Shown piece by piece: positions 61,042 to 64,000 of a stretch of DNA of 64,000 bases. Source of the stretch: Neodothiora populina. Lineage: Eukaryota. Made by a program: the position numbers and the translations under genes. The stretch is from contig NW_027191404.1 of NCBI RefSeq assembly GCF_041146345.1, positions 372,001-436,000 on the forward strand. The letters run 5' to 3'. The notes under the pieces were generated by a model, which was given only the letters and a program-made list of their open reading frames with translations, did no database searches and had not been told where the DNA came from. The stretch's first letter is position 1. The number at the start of each line of letters is the position of its first letter.

Positions 61042-62878
61042 ATGGTGAACGCATTCTTCAAGAACAGAAGAGTCTATCTCCTAACAACCGTGTCGTAAGT
61101 TCTCATGTTCTACAGAAGGGCTGGCTGCATTCAGAGTGTGGCCTGAGGCTGATCTCAAGGTCACCCTCGCCACACGGCATGAGAAACCACCCCATTTGTA
61201 TCTGTCTCAAGTATCATCCAGTCATTGCTAACAACCTCGAAACAGCTATGCGGGATCAACTCTATTCGGTTTCGATACCGGAGTGATGGGCAGTGTGCTC
61301 GCATTGCCCAGCTTCAAGAAAGATTTTGGTCTTCCTACCGACAAGTCTGGCTTCTCCTCGAGCAAGAATGCCGAGATCTCCTCGAACGTCGTTTCTCTGC
61401 TCACTGCTGGCTGCTTCTTTGGTGCCATTGCTGCAGCTTTCATCAACGAACGCTTCGGCCGAAAGTACTCGCTCATTCTCTTCTGCTCTATCTTCATGGT
61501 AGGCGCGGCGATCCAAACGGGCGCTCACCATGCGCTTGGTGCCATCTATGCTGGTAGAGTCATTGCTGGTCTCGGCGTTGGTGGCATGTCTGCCATCACG
61601 CCTGTGTTTGTGAGCGAGAACTGTCCTGCGAACGTTAGAGGAAGAATCACTGGTCTGTTCCAGGAGGTACGTCCACTCCCTAGCATATCAACTTGATTCC
61701 ATTCACTGACGACATGCACAGTTCCTCGTCATCGGTGTCTTCCTTGCCTACTGGATCTCTTACGCTGTTAAGAAACATGTGGAGCCGTCGACTAAGCAAT
61801 GGAGAATCCCTGTCGCCTTCCAACTCGTTCCCGGTGGAATCATGCTCGTGGGCCTGTTCTTCCTCAAGGAAAGTCCTCGCTGGCTCGCCAAGCGCGCTCG
61901 TCACGACGAAGCTTTGGAATCGCTTGCTTACATCCGATGCACTGATGTCGCTGATCCCATCGTCCTCGAAGAAATGGCCGAGATCCGCGCCTCCATCGAG
62001 GAGGAGTTCGCCGCCACCGAGGGCCTCACCTGGAAAGAGTGCATCAAGCCTGGCATCCGAGGACGCTTCGCACAGGCAGTCGGTATCATGGTCTGCCAGC
62101 AGTTCAGTGGCACCAACAGCATTGGATACTGTAAGCCATTACACTACTCCAGTCCGTTCATCACGTGAATTCTGCTAATCACTGTCATCGATCAGATGCG
62201 CCCCAAATCTTCGAGTCCATCGGTATCTCGAGCGCAGACTCATCTCTTTTCGCCACCGGTATCTACGGTACCGTCAAGGTCATCGCCACCGGTATCTTCC
62301 TCGTCGTCGGTATCGAAAAGCTCGGTCGCAAAATCCCACTTCTGGCCGGTGCTGGATGGATGGCTGCCATGATGTTCATCATCGGTGCACTCCTGACCTC
62401 CTATCCTCCCGACCCAGACTCGACCACCGTCTCTTCTGCCTCCATCGCCATGGCCGTCATGATCTACCTCTACGTCATCGGCTACTCTGCATCCTGGGGT
62501 CCAGTGCCATGGGTATACGTATCAGAGATCTTCCCGACTCGCCTGCGCGCCTATGGAGTCGGCACCGCCTCGGCAACGCAATGGCTCTTCAACTTCGTCG
62601 TGACGAAATTCACCCCCGCGGCCATCAGCAACATCGGATGGAAGACGTTTATCATGTTCGGCATCTTCTGCGCCGCCAACGGCTTCTTCGTCTTCTTCTT
62701 CATGAAGGAGACCAAGGGCCTCAAGCTCGAGGATATAGACATCTTGTTCGGAGCAGTAGATGCGGAACAGAGACGGCGAGACGTCGAGGCTACGCTTGCC
62801 GAGGAAAAGGGCGTCGCTCACAAGATGGCTGTTGAACGTGTAGAGCATGCTGAGCATATCACTGAAGTGCCCAAGTAA
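61042..62878 (+). CDS. MFS sugar porter (quinate permease-like)
   Basis: LFGFDTGVMG, ERFGRK, ESPRWL, QQFSGTNSIGY, SEIFPTRLR, ETKG. Three introns. Confidence 0.93.
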
Positions 62879-63362
62879 GAGGGATTGTGCTGGTTCACAT
62901 TAGTGCCCAGAGGCACTGTCTTTTACGATTGATTCCAGAAACTTATGTATTGCGTTTCGATGACGAGAACGTTTTTAGCTATTATTGTTCATGATATGAA
63001 ACGTTACGACTTGTTACACTTTGTTTTGCAATCCGAAATGTACAGGTCATCAAGTGAAATGTTGAAGCGTTGGCTCCATACATGCCCTAGTTTGCAGCTG
63101 TTCACCTGTAGCCATCGAAGCTTGACATGAAAGGACAGGGTCGCCCATTTATCAGCATGAAATATTGGCAGCACTGCCTATTTGAAACGAAAGACAAGTC
63201 CTGTTCTGGCCAAAGCTCATACTCTCTGTGATGTAAACATATCTGTAGGTTACTACCAGTCCACCTCTCACCTACATTCCCAACTCTTTCTGCCTATATA
63301 ACCCCAGCCCATTTACAACTTCTCCACATCAACGTCCCCTCCCAACCCACCACAGCACACCC

Positions 63363-64000
63363 TCACCCACCGAGAAACTGCGCGATAAGCGCGGCCGTCC
63401 CGTTATTAACCCTGAATCCAGGATGCAACCAATTGAGCCAGAAATACCTATCGACACTAACCCCACACTCCTCGATGAACGTATACATCTCAATATCCGC
63501 ATCATCGACATACGCCTGACAATAAGCTGTGTTGTTAGCTAGATCGCACGTCTGCGGCAAGCTACAGGGGTCGGCCAGGATCTGCGCAAACGCGGCATTG
63601 GTGTCGAAGAGGAACATTGTGGCGTCGGGATAGCTCGACGATAGATCCGTGGCCAGCGCGGACAGCCGCGAGTTGTAGTCTGCTATCATGCTTGCTTCAA
63701 GGGATTGGTTCGTGGCGCCTACAGTTCCGGGGGAGCGATCGATCGGCGGCACGTTCATGAGGAGGAAGTTGCGCGCGCCGGTGGAGTAGAGGTCGTCGAT
63801 GAGGCTGGCGTAGACGCTGAAGATTTCGGATTCCAGAGTCGATCTGCTGCTGGTGTCGTTGTTGAATGTGTAGTAGGTCCTGTCGATGTCGTTTATGCCT
63901 ATGAAGACGCCGAAAAGGGTGTTGGAGGATTGCCAGGGGAGGAAGGATGGCGAGGAGGAGTAGACTGGTAGGTATTCTTCTTGGACTTGTTGAATGAAGG
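63363..64000 (-). CDS. SGNH/GDSL acetylesterase (CE16-like), 5' part outside the window
   Basis: Frame open to the window end: FIGINDI, GARNFLLMNVPPIDRSP, YFWLNWLHP. Confidence 0.85.
   Translation of the reverse strand, partial: FIQQVQEEYLPVYSSSPSFLPWQSSNTLFGVFIGINDIDRTYYTFNNDTSSRSTLESEIFSVYASLIDDLYSTGARNFLLMNVPPIDRSPGTVGATNQSLEASMIADYNSRLSALATDLSSSYPDATMFLFDTNAAFAQILADPCSLPQTCDLANNTAYCQAYVDDADIEMYTFIEECGVSVDRYFWLNWLHPGFRVNNGTAALIAQFLGG

Noticed and set aside
1..64000. Genome-wide TGA=Trp reassignment
   Set aside because: Intact genes (PLD, HET, MFS, PHYHD1-like, esterase) terminate at TGA at sensible C-termini, and Trp is encoded by TGG throughout.

Overview
Intron-containing nuclear DNA of a filamentous ascomycete (Pezizomycotina; GT-AG introns with CTAAC/CTGAC branch sites; lower taxon not determinable). 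About 21 genes were reconstructed by hand. Housekeeping/metabolic genes: RSM24, ATG15-like lipase, MED1, glutamine synthetase, carboxylesterase, ABZ2-like lyase, TOM70, SNF1, two MFS transporters, SHB17-like phosphatase, PHYHD1-like dioxygenase, class I GATase-like protein, OSH3-like protein and a partial CE16 esterase. Two blocks look accessory. The first (1-14.3 kb) holds a CorA-like membrane protein gene followed head-to-tail by a Ser/Thr kinase-vWA gene, which converges on a heavily decayed large gene; a PLD-family gene and an AIM9-like phosphotransferase lie next to them. I propose the first three as a candidate three-gene signalling or non-self-recognition module. All three carry lesions. 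The CorA-like and AIM9-like genes are each interrupted by a single in-frame TGA exactly where Trp is expected. The second block (about 25-33 kb) has a possible relic gene, an ORP1-like gene and a HET-domain gene. No tRNA, rRNA, CRISPR array or intact transposon was recognised. Exon boundaries and family calls come from manual reading and remembered motifs, not from database searches.
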